From: an uncultured Actinomycetota bacterium
GTDB lineage: Bacteria; Actinomycetota; Actinomycetes; JACCUZ01
DNA length: 64,000 nucleotides
Assembly: GCA_963807005.1 (NCBI GenBank)
Contig: CAWDZK010000005.1
Location: forward strand, 124,806-188,805
Reading direction: 5' to 3'
The notes under the pieces are model-generated. The model ran no database searches and had not been told where the DNA came from. It was given only the letters and a program-made list of their open reading frames with translations. The translations under genes were made by a program, and so were the position numbers. Positions 56,546 through 64,000 of this stretch are shown in pieces. Each line of letters starts with the position of its first letter. Positions within the stretch are counted from its first letter, which is position 1.

Positions 56546-58214
56546 GCCGCCAGCTCTGCGAGCGTTCCATCGCCAGCGCCTGCTCCTCCAGCTCCTGGTT
56601 GCGGGCAACCAGTGCCAGGATCTCCTGCTCGGCGCGATGCTGCCCGTGCAGGGTCGCCTCGCGAATCGCGGCGATCGTCCCGGGCGGGAACACGTGCGGC
56701 ATGGCGTCGATCCTGGACAGGATCGCGGACTCGGCCCGTCGCCACTCCTCCTCGGTGTGCAAGGACGCCGAGGAGCTGCCAGTCGACCACCGGCGGTAGA
56801 CCGCGGTCACGGCAGGCGTCGAGGCAACGCCCACCAGAAGGGCGGCGCGCAGCTCGAAGTCCCAGTCCTCGCAGATGTCGAGGGTCTCGTCGAAGCGCAG
56901 CCCCAGGTCGCGGAACAGTGAGCCGGGGAACGCGTAGCTCATGAAGGGCGTGTGGTTGCGGCCGATGTGCGCCATCAGGTCGAAGTTGCTCGGGTAGCTC
57001 GCGGTCATCGGCCCGGACGCCCGCACGCCCGATCGCTCCTCAACGGCGTCGACCGGTTCGATCGACTGCTCGACGCACACGGAGCGGAGCACCCGCCCTG
57101 GAGCCTCCTTCGCCAGTGCCGCGAAGCTCTCCACCCAGGACCCGAAGACGAGGTCGTCGTCGTCGAGGACGGCCACGTAGCGGCCGCGGGCCGCCTTGGC
57201 CGCCTCGTTGAGCGGACGGCCTCTCCGGCCGCCGTCCACCGCAAGGAGCCGGGTGCGGCCGCTCAGCGAGTCCGGGAGCTCGGCCAGCAGCGACGACAGC
57301 TCCTCCCGCTCGGACGGGCTGGCCCCGTGCCCGACGAGCAGGATCTCGAAGTCCTGGTCGGTCTGTCCTTGCAGACAGAGGAGGGCATCCCGCAGCGTGC
57401 CCATCCGGCGTCCCTGGGTGCGGACCACCACGGAAAGGAAGGGGCGCCCCGACCCCTCGGCCGGGTCAGCCAGCGGGCTGACCGGTTCCGGGCTCCCTGG
57501 GAGGTAGGCCCGGACGAACTGGTTCGTGCTGCCGTGCGGCCCGGACTGAGATCGGAGCCCAGAGAGGAAGCCGTGCAGGACCGAGGCGTCCGCAAGGGCG
57601 ACGTTGTCGGCGGGAAAGTGCTGGTCGCTCCACTCCAGCTCGAGGTCGCTCTCGCCGACTTCGCGCCACCCCGACGACACCATGACGGCAGCCAGGTGGT
57701 CCGCGGTGTGCATCACGACGTGGGTCCGGTCGAGCAGGCCGGTGGGCGTGTAGTCGAACCGGCCGGTCAGCAGCTTGATGGCGACGTCCCGGTGCGCCAC
57801 ATTCGGCACGCTCACCACGAGTGGAGCGCTGTCGCCGACCGCACGGTCCCGCAGCCCGCGGAGGAGGTCGGCGCCGGTGGTGATGTGTTCCAGCGTGTCC
57901 AGCAGGGTGATCGAGGCGAGCCGGCGACCTTCGAGCATCGTGTCGACCACCCGGAGGGTCGCCTCGACGTCCTGCAGGTCGACGACCGCCGTCTCGAAGC
58001 CGCGGGCCCGCAGGTCGCCGAGGCCACTCTCGTCAAGGTCGAGCCCGACGTAGGTCAGGCCGCGCTCCCGGACCTTCTCGGCGATGGCGCCGTAGCCGCA
58101 GCCGAGGTCGAGATGGATGCCCTCGCGGGCAGCGTGCTCGAGCACCAGCCCCGTGACCCGGGCGTAGACGCTGTCCTCGGTGTACCCGAAGCGGTAGGAG
58201 GGCTCGTCGGTCAT
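56496..58214 (-). CDS. Class I SAM methyltransferase-GT2 fusion with C-terminal coiled coil (WsaE-like architecture)
   Basis: 'LDLGCGYG', 'LLDTLEH', 'VPNVAH', 'LDRTH'. GT2 'FLSVVVRTQGRR', 'LDDDD', 'EDWDF'. Tail 'ARNQELEEQ..SQSWRLTAPLR'. Confidence 0.88.
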   Translation of the reverse strand: MTDEPSYRFGYTEDSVYARVTGLVLEHAAREGIHLDLGCGYGAIAEKVRERGLTYVGLDLDESGLGDLRARGFETAVVDLQDVEATLRVVDTMLEGRRLASITLLDTLEHITTGADLLRGLRDRAVGDSAPLVVSVPNVAHRDVAIKLLTGRFDYTPTGLLDRTHVVMHTADHLAAVMVSSGWREVGESDLELEWSDQHFPADNVALADASVLHGFLSGLRSQSGPHGSTNQFVRAYLPGSPEPVSPLADPAEGSGRPFLSVVVRTQGRRMGTLRDALLCLQGQTDQDFEILLVGHGASPSEREELSSLLAELPDSLSGRTRLLAVDGGRRGRPLNEAAKAARGRYVAVLDDDDLVFGSWVESFAALAKEAPGRVLRSVCVEQSIEPVDAVEERSGVRASGPMTASYPSNFDLMAHIGRNHTPFMSYAFPGSLFRDLGLRFDETLDICEDWDFELRAALLVGVASTPAVTAVYRRWSTGSSSASLHTEEEWRRAESAILSRIDAMPHVFPPGTIAAIREATLHGQHRAEQEILALVARNQELEEQALAMERSQSWRLTAPLRAAMNLRRPKA

Positions 58215-58319
58215 GTGGCGAGTTCCGATCGGGGTCGTGGTGTCGGTTTTGCAGGTCGCGACGGACCGCGGAGGTGTCTCGGCACTGGTCGCCGCGCTGT
58301 CGCCGGAGTCACGCTCACA

Positions 58320-59246
58320 TCAGTACCGATGCCGCGCGTAGTTGCCGGCGACGAACTGGCCGACCGCGTGGTCGGCGTCGATCGGGTCCGGCAGCCGGCC
58401 CTCCACGTCGCGACGCTCGAAGTCCGCCACGGCGCGGCGCTGCGCCTCGCTGCCGTGCGCCAGCAGGTCGCGCCTGATCTCCGCGACCCGTTCGGGTCGC
58501 GAGTACTTGTGCGCGAGGACCAGTGCCCCCTCGGCCGACCAGTACTCCTCGGCGGCACCCACGGCCCACGAGCCGTCCGGCCGCAGCCGCTTGTCGTGGA
58601 AGACGCGAGCCGTCGGCTGGTGCACCACCCGGTAGCCGGCGAGCCGAACGCGCCAGGAGAAGTCCACGTCGTCGCAGTAGAGGAAGAAGCTGCGGGAGTC
58701 GTAGCCGCCGATCTCGCGCACGACCGAGACCGGGACCATCGACGCAGCCCCGGACGCCCACGACGTCTCGCCGCTGACCGGGTCGTAGTCCTTCGGGTGC
58801 TCGATCGGCAGCTGACGGGCGTCGACCAGGCCGACACCGGGCCGGCGCAACGGTGTGACGAGCTCGACCAGGGTGTCCGGGGCGACGACGGTGTCGGGGT
58901 TGAGGATCAGGACGAGGTCGGTGTCCAGACCGTCCCAGAGCCGGTTGTTGCCCTCGGCCGAGCCGAGGTTCTCCCCGAAGAAGACGTAGCGGAGCGGCTG
59001 CGCCCCGGACGCCTCGAGGCCGGCCGAGCGTTCAGCCACGGCACCGTCGTCGAACGTCGCCGTTGGCGAGCAGTCGCCGTACGCGACGACAACGCGGTCG
59101 AGCACGCCGCGGTCACGGGCGATCTCGATGGCCCGGGCCAGCGCGTCCAGGCTGCGGTCCAGGGCACGGATGTCGTTGCCGAAGAGGACCGACTGCACCT
59201 GGAGCGAGGCGGCGCCAGTCACCGCCGTTGCACTGCTGTCTGTCAC
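58320..59246 (-). CDS. GT2 glycosyltransferase
   Basis: 'ENLGSAEGNN', 'LNPDT', 'FFLYCDDVDFSWR'. Confidence 0.88.
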   Translation of the reverse strand: MTDSSATAVTGAASLQVQSVLFGNDIRALDRSLDALARAIEIARDRGVLDRVVVAYGDCSPTATFDDGAVAERSAGLEASGAQPLRYVFFGENLGSAEGNNRLWDGLDTDLVLILNPDTVVAPDTLVELVTPLRRPGVGLVDARQLPIEHPKDYDPVSGETSWASGAASMVPVSVVREIGGYDSRSFFLYCDDVDFSWRVRLAGYRVVHQPTARVFHDKRLRPDGSWAVGAAEEYWSAEGALVLAHKYSRPERVAEIRRDLLAHGSEAQRRAVADFERRDVEGRLPDPIDADHAVGQFVAGNYARHRY

Positions 59247-59310
59247 ATCGCCCCTTGCCGTCGACGGACGCCCGGACACCTGCTGGCACCGGCATCACCG
59301 GCGCACCAGC

Positions 59311-60402
59311 CTAGTGACCGCCACGCAGAAGCCGGGACACGGTCGCGGCCGCTCCGGCCCAGTCGTGCTCGGCGGCCCGCCGTTCCCCGGCGGCCGCCAA
59401 CCGAACCGACTCGGCCGGCTCCATGGCGCGCAGCAGCGCGTCGGCCCAGGCCTCCGCGTCCTCCGCCGCGGCGACCAGCCCGGCGTCGCCGACTACCTCG
59501 GGCAACGAGGTCCGGTCGGACACGACGACTGGAAGCCCGGCCGCCATCGCCTCGAGGGCGGGGATGCCGAACCCCTCGAACAGCGACGGGAACGCCAGCA
59601 CGTGTGCCTGCCGCAGCTCGATGGCGAGCTCGGCCGGTGCGAGGTAGCCGGTGATCGTCACGGCGTCACCGAGCAGGGCGCGGACCCGCTCGGCGTCGGC
59701 CCGACCGGTGGGGTGCACGGTCCCGACGACGCGCAGCCTGACGTCCGAGCCGCGGTCCCGCAGCAACCGGACGGCTCGGGCGACGACGACGAGGTTCTTG
59801 CGCGGCAGCACGTTTCCGACGACGAGCACGGTGGGCGGCCCGGTTCGGGCCGCCGGCGTCTCCCGCAGCAGGGACACGAACTCCGGGTCGACGGCCAGCG
59901 GGACCACGGTCACCCGGTCCGAGGCGGTGCCTGGGTACCGGGCCAGCAGGTCCTGCCGGGTGTACTCGCTGTCGACGACCACGTGTGCCGCGCGCCGGAC
60001 CGACGCCCGGACGCTGGCCCGGTAGCGGAGCCGGACCGCCAGCGGCAGCCACTCGGCGGCGCGGTGGTCCTCGAAGGACAGGTCGTGCACCGCCACGACG
60101 CACGGTGCCGGCGTGAGCGGCGCCGTGTACTGCACCAGGACCGCGGACGACCCCAGCCGCCGGACCGCCCGCGGCAGGTCGACGGCCAGCCGCCGCACGC
60201 TGCTGCGCGAGACCCGCGCCAGCTCGGCGGCCGGTTGCAGCCGGCGCAGGTCGTCGGTGCCGGCCGCGGTCGTCACGGCGACGTCGTAGCTGCCGGGACC
60301 ATCCAGGGCCAGCAGGGCGGCGGCCAGCGACCGGGCCCAGGACTCGTTCCCGGTCTGACGCATCCCCAGGTCGTGCAGGTCGAGCAGCGGCCGGCCGGTC
60401 AC
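59311..60402 (-). CDS. GT4 glycosyltransferase
   Basis: 'VHDLSF', 'VGNVLPRKN', 'FPSLFEGFGIPALEAMAAG'. Confidence 0.9.
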   Translation of the reverse strand: MTGRPLLDLHDLGMRQTGNESWARSLAAALLALDGPGSYDVAVTTAAGTDDLRRLQPAAELARVSRSSVRRLAVDLPRAVRRLGSSAVLVQYTAPLTPAPCVVAVHDLSFEDHRAAEWLPLAVRLRYRASVRASVRRAAHVVVDSEYTRQDLLARYPGTASDRVTVVPLAVDPEFVSLLRETPAARTGPPTVLVVGNVLPRKNLVVVARAVRLLRDRGSDVRLRVVGTVHPTGRADAERVRALLGDAVTITGYLAPAELAIELRQAHVLAFPSLFEGFGIPALEAMAAGLPVVVSDRTSLPEVVGDAGLVAAAEDAEAWADALLRAMEPAESVRLAAAGERRAAEHDWAGAAATVSRLLRGGH

Positions 60403-61448
60403 GCGACGACCGGCAGCAGGTCGTGGACGGCGTCGCGCACCACGGCGCGGAAGGCGTCCGGGTCGTACGCCGCCGCGCGGGCGGCGACCGCGTCGGCGGC
60501 AGCCGTCCAGGTGCGCTCGTCCAGCAGCGGTGCCATCGCGGTGACGAAGTCCCCTGCGCCGACGCCGTGCGCGTCCACCTCGGGCAGCACCCGCGGCATC
60601 GCGCCGCGCCCGGAGTGCACGACCGGCAGCCCGTGCCGGGCGGCCTCCACCAGCGGCAGGCCGAAGCCCTCGTCGTACGACGGCTGCAGCAGCAGCCAGG
60701 ACGAGGCGTAGGCCGAGTCGAGCACGTCGGCGGGGACGTCGGTCTCGCGGGAGGTCCAGGTGCCCCGCGGGTCCGCGGCGGACAGCGCGGCCCGGACCTC
60801 CCGCTCGGCCCGGCCGGCCGGGCCGATCACCCGCAGGCCGAGGTCCGCACCCGTGGATCCCCGCAGGCCGGCGACCGCCTCGATCCCGCGCACCTGGTTC
60901 TTCACCGGATCGGTCGCGCCCACCATGAGCACCACCTTGCGCTCCGGGAACGGCACCCGGGTGGTCGCGCCGCCGGGGTGGGCCCAGGACACCACCCGGA
61001 CGTCGGTGCCGGGCGACATCCGCCGCAGCAGCCGGGCCGAGTGCTCCGACAGCGTGAGGACCCGGTCGGCGGAGCGGACGCTGCGCGGGACCAGCAGCCG
61101 GAAGTAGGCGGCGAACCTCCGGTCGAACAGCTGCGGGTGCTCCAGCGGCATCAGGTCGTGCACGACGAGCAGGTGCCGTCGGGCTGGTCCGCGGCGCCCG
61201 ATGTTGCACGGGGACACCAGCAGGTCCACGTCGGGCCGGGCCCGCGGCGCCCGCCACAGGTCCCACCGGGCGTCGGCCAGCGCGTTGAGCACCGAGGACC
61301 GGCCGCCCCGGCGGGCCGGGGCCACCTCGAGCACCTCGACGTCCTCCACCGCGCGCAGCGCCTCGACCAGCGCCCGGGTCGCCGTCGACGAGCCGGAGGT
61401 GCCGTGCAGGTGGATCGCGGTGTTCACCACCACGCGCCGCGGCGTCAC
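60399..61448 (-). CDS. GT4 glycosyltransferase
   Basis: 'VHDLMPL', 'DPVKN', '[14 protein letters not shown]'. Confidence 0.9.
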   Translation of the reverse strand: MTPRRVVVNTAIHLHGTSGSSTATRALVEALRAVEDVEVLEVAPARRGGRSSVLNALADARWDLWRAPRARPDVDLLVSPCNIGRRGPARRHLLVVHDLMPLEHPQLFDRRFAAYFRLLVPRSVRSADRVLTLSEHSARLLRRMSPGTDVRVVSWAHPGGATTRVPFPERKVVLMVGATDPVKNQVRGIEAVAGLRGSTGADLGLRVIGPAGRAEREVRAALSAADPRGTWTSRETDVPADVLDSAYASSWLLLQPSYDEGFGLPLVEAARHGLPVVHSGRGAMPRVLPEVDAHGVGAGDFVTAMAPLLDERTWTAAADAVAARAAAYDPDAFRAVVRDAVHDLLPVVA

Positions 61449-62554
61449 CCGGCCGGCCGGCGGCTGCGGAGCCGCTCGCACAGCCGCTCGTAGTCGCGGG
61501 CGACGTCGTCCCAGACGTACGCGGACCGGGCCCGTTCGCGCAGGGCCTCGCCCCGCTCCTTGGCCCCCACCGGGTCCTCCTCGTCGGCCACCAGCGCGGA
61601 CGCGACGTCGGCGGGGCCGGTCACGTACCGGGCCAGGCCGTCGGTCACCTCCCGGTTGAACACGACGTCCCACGCCGTGACGGCCGCACCGGCCCCCATC
61701 GCCCGCAGCAGCGAAGGGTTCGTGCCGCCGACCGAGTGCCCGTGCAGGTACGACGTGGCGCCCGCGTAGAGCTGGTCCAGCAGCCCCTGGTCGTCGTACA
61801 CGGGCCCGAGGAAGCGCACCCGGTCGTCCCCCGCGGCCCTCGCCCGGACCTTGGCCTCGTACTCCCCGGCGTACGGCGCGCCCCCGACGACGACGAGCGG
61901 CTGCGTGCCGGCGCTCCGCAGCCGCCCGGCGACCAGCTCGTCGAGATGGTTCTCGGGCTCGAACCGCGCCACTACGAGGTGGTAGCCACCCGCATCGAGA
62001 CCCAGGCTGCCGAGACGGTCCGTCCCGGCGTCGGCGAGAGGCGCGCCGTACGGGATGAACACCGCGGCCCGGCCATGGGCGGCGTGCAGGTGGTCGGCGA
62101 TGGCGCGGGCGTCGGCCACCACCTCGTCGGCCCACCGCACGCTCCACTGCTCGGCGGCCCGGTAGTAGCGGGCGCCGAGGCCCTGCCACTTGGCCCGCTG
62201 CCACTCAAGCCCGTCGACGTGCACGGCGGTGGGGATGCCCGCGGCGCGCAGCAGTGGCACCAGCGGTGCGTTCGCGGCGTTGAACACCAGGGCCACGTCC
62301 GGCCGCACCCGGGTGGCCGCGTGCACGGCGGACAGGAAGGTGTGCGACAGCGTCTCCAGCTCGCGCCGCCGGACCGCTGGCAGGTTCACCAGTCGCATGC
62401 CGTGGTGCTCACGCCGGGTCTGCCCGGGGTTGCGGCAGTAGACGACGACCTCGTGCCCGGCATGCACCAGGCGTCGGCCGATCTCGTCGACCGCGGTCTC
62501 GAACCCGCCGTACCGGGGCGGCACCCCCCGGGTGCCGAGGATCGCGATGCGCAC
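61445..62554 (-). CDS. GT4 glycosyltransferase with N-terminal DUF1972-like domain (rhamnosyltransferase-like)
   Basis: '[16 protein letters not shown]', 'HVDGLEW.RAKW', 'VARFEPENH', '[13 protein letters not shown]'. Confidence 0.9.
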   Translation of the reverse strand: MRIAILGTRGVPPRYGGFETAVDEIGRRLVHAGHEVVVYCRNPGQTRREHHGMRLVNLPAVRRRELETLSHTFLSAVHAATRVRPDVALVFNAANAPLVPLLRAAGIPTAVHVDGLEWQRAKWQGLGARYYRAAEQWSVRWADEVVADARAIADHLHAAHGRAAVFIPYGAPLADAGTDRLGSLGLDAGGYHLVVARFEPENHLDELVAGRLRSAGTQPLVVVGGAPYAGEYEAKVRARAAGDDRVRFLGPVYDDQGLLDQLYAGATSYLHGHSVGGTNPSLLRAMGAGAAVTAWDVVFNREVTDGLARYVTGPADVASALVADEEDPVGAKERGEALRERARSAYVWDDVARDYERLCERLRSRRPAG

Positions 62555-62557
62555 CCG

Positions 62558-63409
62558 CTACCGCCCGGTCACGGCCGGGGCCGCGGCGTGCAGCATCGCC
62601 CGCCACTCACCCGGAGCGGCGACGCCGGCCCGGGTCCAGGCGCCGTGGCCGAGGACGCTGTACGCCGGCCTCGGCGCCGGCCGCGGGAAGCGGTCAGTGG
62701 TCGTGGGGCGGATGCGGCCCGGGTCCGCGCCGATCTCCTCGAACACGGCCCGCGCCAGGCCGCACCAGGACGTCTGACCGGACGCCGTCGCGTGGTACGT
62801 GCCGGCCGGTGCGTCGGCGGTGACCAGCCGGTGCACGGCGAGTGCGACCTCGTGGGACCAGGTCGGCGCACCGACCTGGTCGTCGACCACGTCGAGGGTG
62901 TCCTTCGTCTTCTCCAGCGTCGCCATCGTGCGCACGAAGTTGCCGCCGTGCTCGCCGTAGAGCCACGCGGTGCGCACGACGTACGACGCGTCGGGGAGCA
63001 GCTGCCGGACCGCCTGCTCGCCGGCAGCCTTCGACCGCCCGTACGCCGAGCGCGGCGCCAGCGGCGCGTCCTCGGCGTACGGCGCCGTTGCGGTGCCGTC
63101 GAAGACGTAGTCGGTGGAGATGTGCACCAGGCGTGCACCCGCGGCGGCGGAGGCCGCCGCGAGCAGCTGGGGGGCCAGGCCGTTGACCCGGGTCGCCTCC
63201 GCCTCGTGCGTCTCGGCACCGTCGACGTCGGTCCAGGCCGCCGCGTTGACCACCACGTCGTGCCCGGGGACGGCTGCGGCCACCGCCCCGGCGTCGCAGA
63301 CGTCGAGGTCGCTGCGGGTGACCGCGGTCACCTCAGCGCCGGTCCCCCTCAGCACGTCGACGACGTCACGGCCGAGCATGCCGCCGGCACCGGTGACGAG
63401 CCACCTCAT
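62558..63409 (-). CDS. rfbD: dTDP-4-dehydrorhamnose reductase
   Basis: 'TGAGGMLG', '[10 protein letters not shown]', '[10 protein letters not shown]', 'YGRSK', 'DDQVGAPT', 'RPAYSVL'. Confidence 0.96.
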   Translation of the reverse strand: MRWLVTGAGGMLGRDVVDVLRGTGAEVTAVTRSDLDVCDAGAVAAAVPGHDVVVNAAAWTDVDGAETHEAEATRVNGLAPQLLAAASAAAGARLVHISTDYVFDGTATAPYAEDAPLAPRSAYGRSKAAGEQAVRQLLPDASYVVRTAWLYGEHGGNFVRTMATLEKTKDTLDVVDDQVGAPTWSHEVALAVHRLVTADAPAGTYHATASGQTSWCGLARAVFEEIGADPGRIRPTTTDRFPRPAPRPAYSVLGHGAWTRAGVAAPGEWRAMLHAAAPAVTGR

Positions 63410-63447
63410 CGCCGGGGCCGCACGACGTCGGTGGCCACGATGCGCAT
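63406..63447 (-). CDS. Candidate 13-aa leaderless uORF ([13 protein letters not shown]) coupled to rfbD
   Basis: ATG 63447, TGA overlapping the rfbD ATG (ATGA). TAGACT hexamer at 63456-63461. Confidence 0.35.
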   Translation of the reverse strand: MRIVATDVVRPRR

Positions 63448-63491
63448 GGGCCGGAAGTCTAGGCGGCGCAGGGGACCGGGCCGCACCCCGC

Positions 63492-63497
63492 TAACGT
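63492..63497 (+). promoter_or_regulatory. Candidate -10 element (TAACGT) for leaderless rfbA
   Basis: TANNNT 8 nt upstream of ATG 63506, no Shine-Dalgarno. Confidence 0.5.
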
Positions 63498-63505
63498 GGC
63501 CCCCC

Positions 63506-64000
63506 ATGCGCGGGATCATCCTCGCCGGTGGGTCAGGCACCCGGCTCTACCCGATCACCCGGGGCATCAGCAAGCAGATCATGCCGGTCTACGACAAGCC
63601 GATGATCTACTACCCGCTGTCGACCCTGATGATGGCCGGAGTCCGCGAGATCCTCGTCATCACGACCCCCGAGGACCAGGCCCAGTTCCAGCAGCTGCTG
63701 GGCGACGGCAGCGACCTGGGGATCCGGCTCGAGTACGCCGTGCAGCCGCGGCCCGAGGGTCTCGCCCAGGCGTTCGTCATCGGTGCCGACTTCATCGGCG
63801 ACGAGTCGGTGGCGCTGGTGCTCGGCGACAACATCTTCTACGGCGCAGGGCTGGGCCGGTCGCTGAAGGCGAACAACGACGTTTCCGGCGGCCGGGTCTT
63901 CGCCTACCGGGTCGCCGACCCCACGGCCTACGGCGTGGTGGAGTTCGACGAGGGCGGCTCGGTCGTCTCGATCGAGGAGAAGCCCCAGAAGCCCCGCAGC
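63506..64000 (+). CDS. rfbA: Glucose-1-phosphate thymidylyltransferase (3' end outside window)
   Basis: '[42 protein letters not shown]', '[11 protein letters not shown]', '[10 protein letters not shown]', 'EEKP'. Confidence 0.97.
   Translation, partial: MRGIILAGGSGTRLYPITRGISKQIMPVYDKPMIYYPLSTLMMAGVREILVITTPEDQAQFQQLLGDGSDLGIRLEYAVQPRPEGLAQAFVIGADFIGDESVALVLGDNIFYGAGLGRSLKANNDVSGGRVFAYRVADPTAYGVVEFDEGGSVVSIEEKPQKPRS

Overview
High-GC actinobacterial chromosomal window. I found no tRNA/rRNA, CRISPR array, integrase or IS element. The left part (1-28.6 kb) is mostly housekeeping: partial ABC permease, tandem GNAT, proteasome activator bpa, Cof-type HAD, trpB2, threonine aldolase-like gene, serS, an AIM24/PAP2/PAP2/DAGK/YihY run, pheA, a ~1650-aa LPxTG-anchored Ig-repeat surface protein, larB-larC-GDT1, SDR, a secreted heparinase II/III-like protein, arcA, a SEC-C/DUF5926 protein, an RsbW-like protein and a GDPD. 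The right part (28.7-64 kb, running off the edge) is one large surface-glycan locus. It holds a WbpA/B/E/D-like diamino-uronic acid pathway, a second amino-sugar pathway and TWO divergent HisH/HisF/N-acetyl-sugar amidotransferase (acetamidino) modules, one with a HisF-amidotransferase fusion. It also holds a Wzx flippase and a Wzm/Wzt ABC exporter, a GT2+DUF2304 pair beside a 738-aa orphan membrane protein, a methyltransferase-GT2 with a pseudo-methyltransferase paralogue, and rml genes. My best candidate for an undescribed system is a dual-chain (ABC-exported rhamnan plus separately built, doubly amidinated side chain) wall polymer; this model is inference from gene content. Two single-base frameshifts in G/C runs (threonine aldolase, larC) look like sequencing indels. 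All family calls come from motif reading, not database searches.
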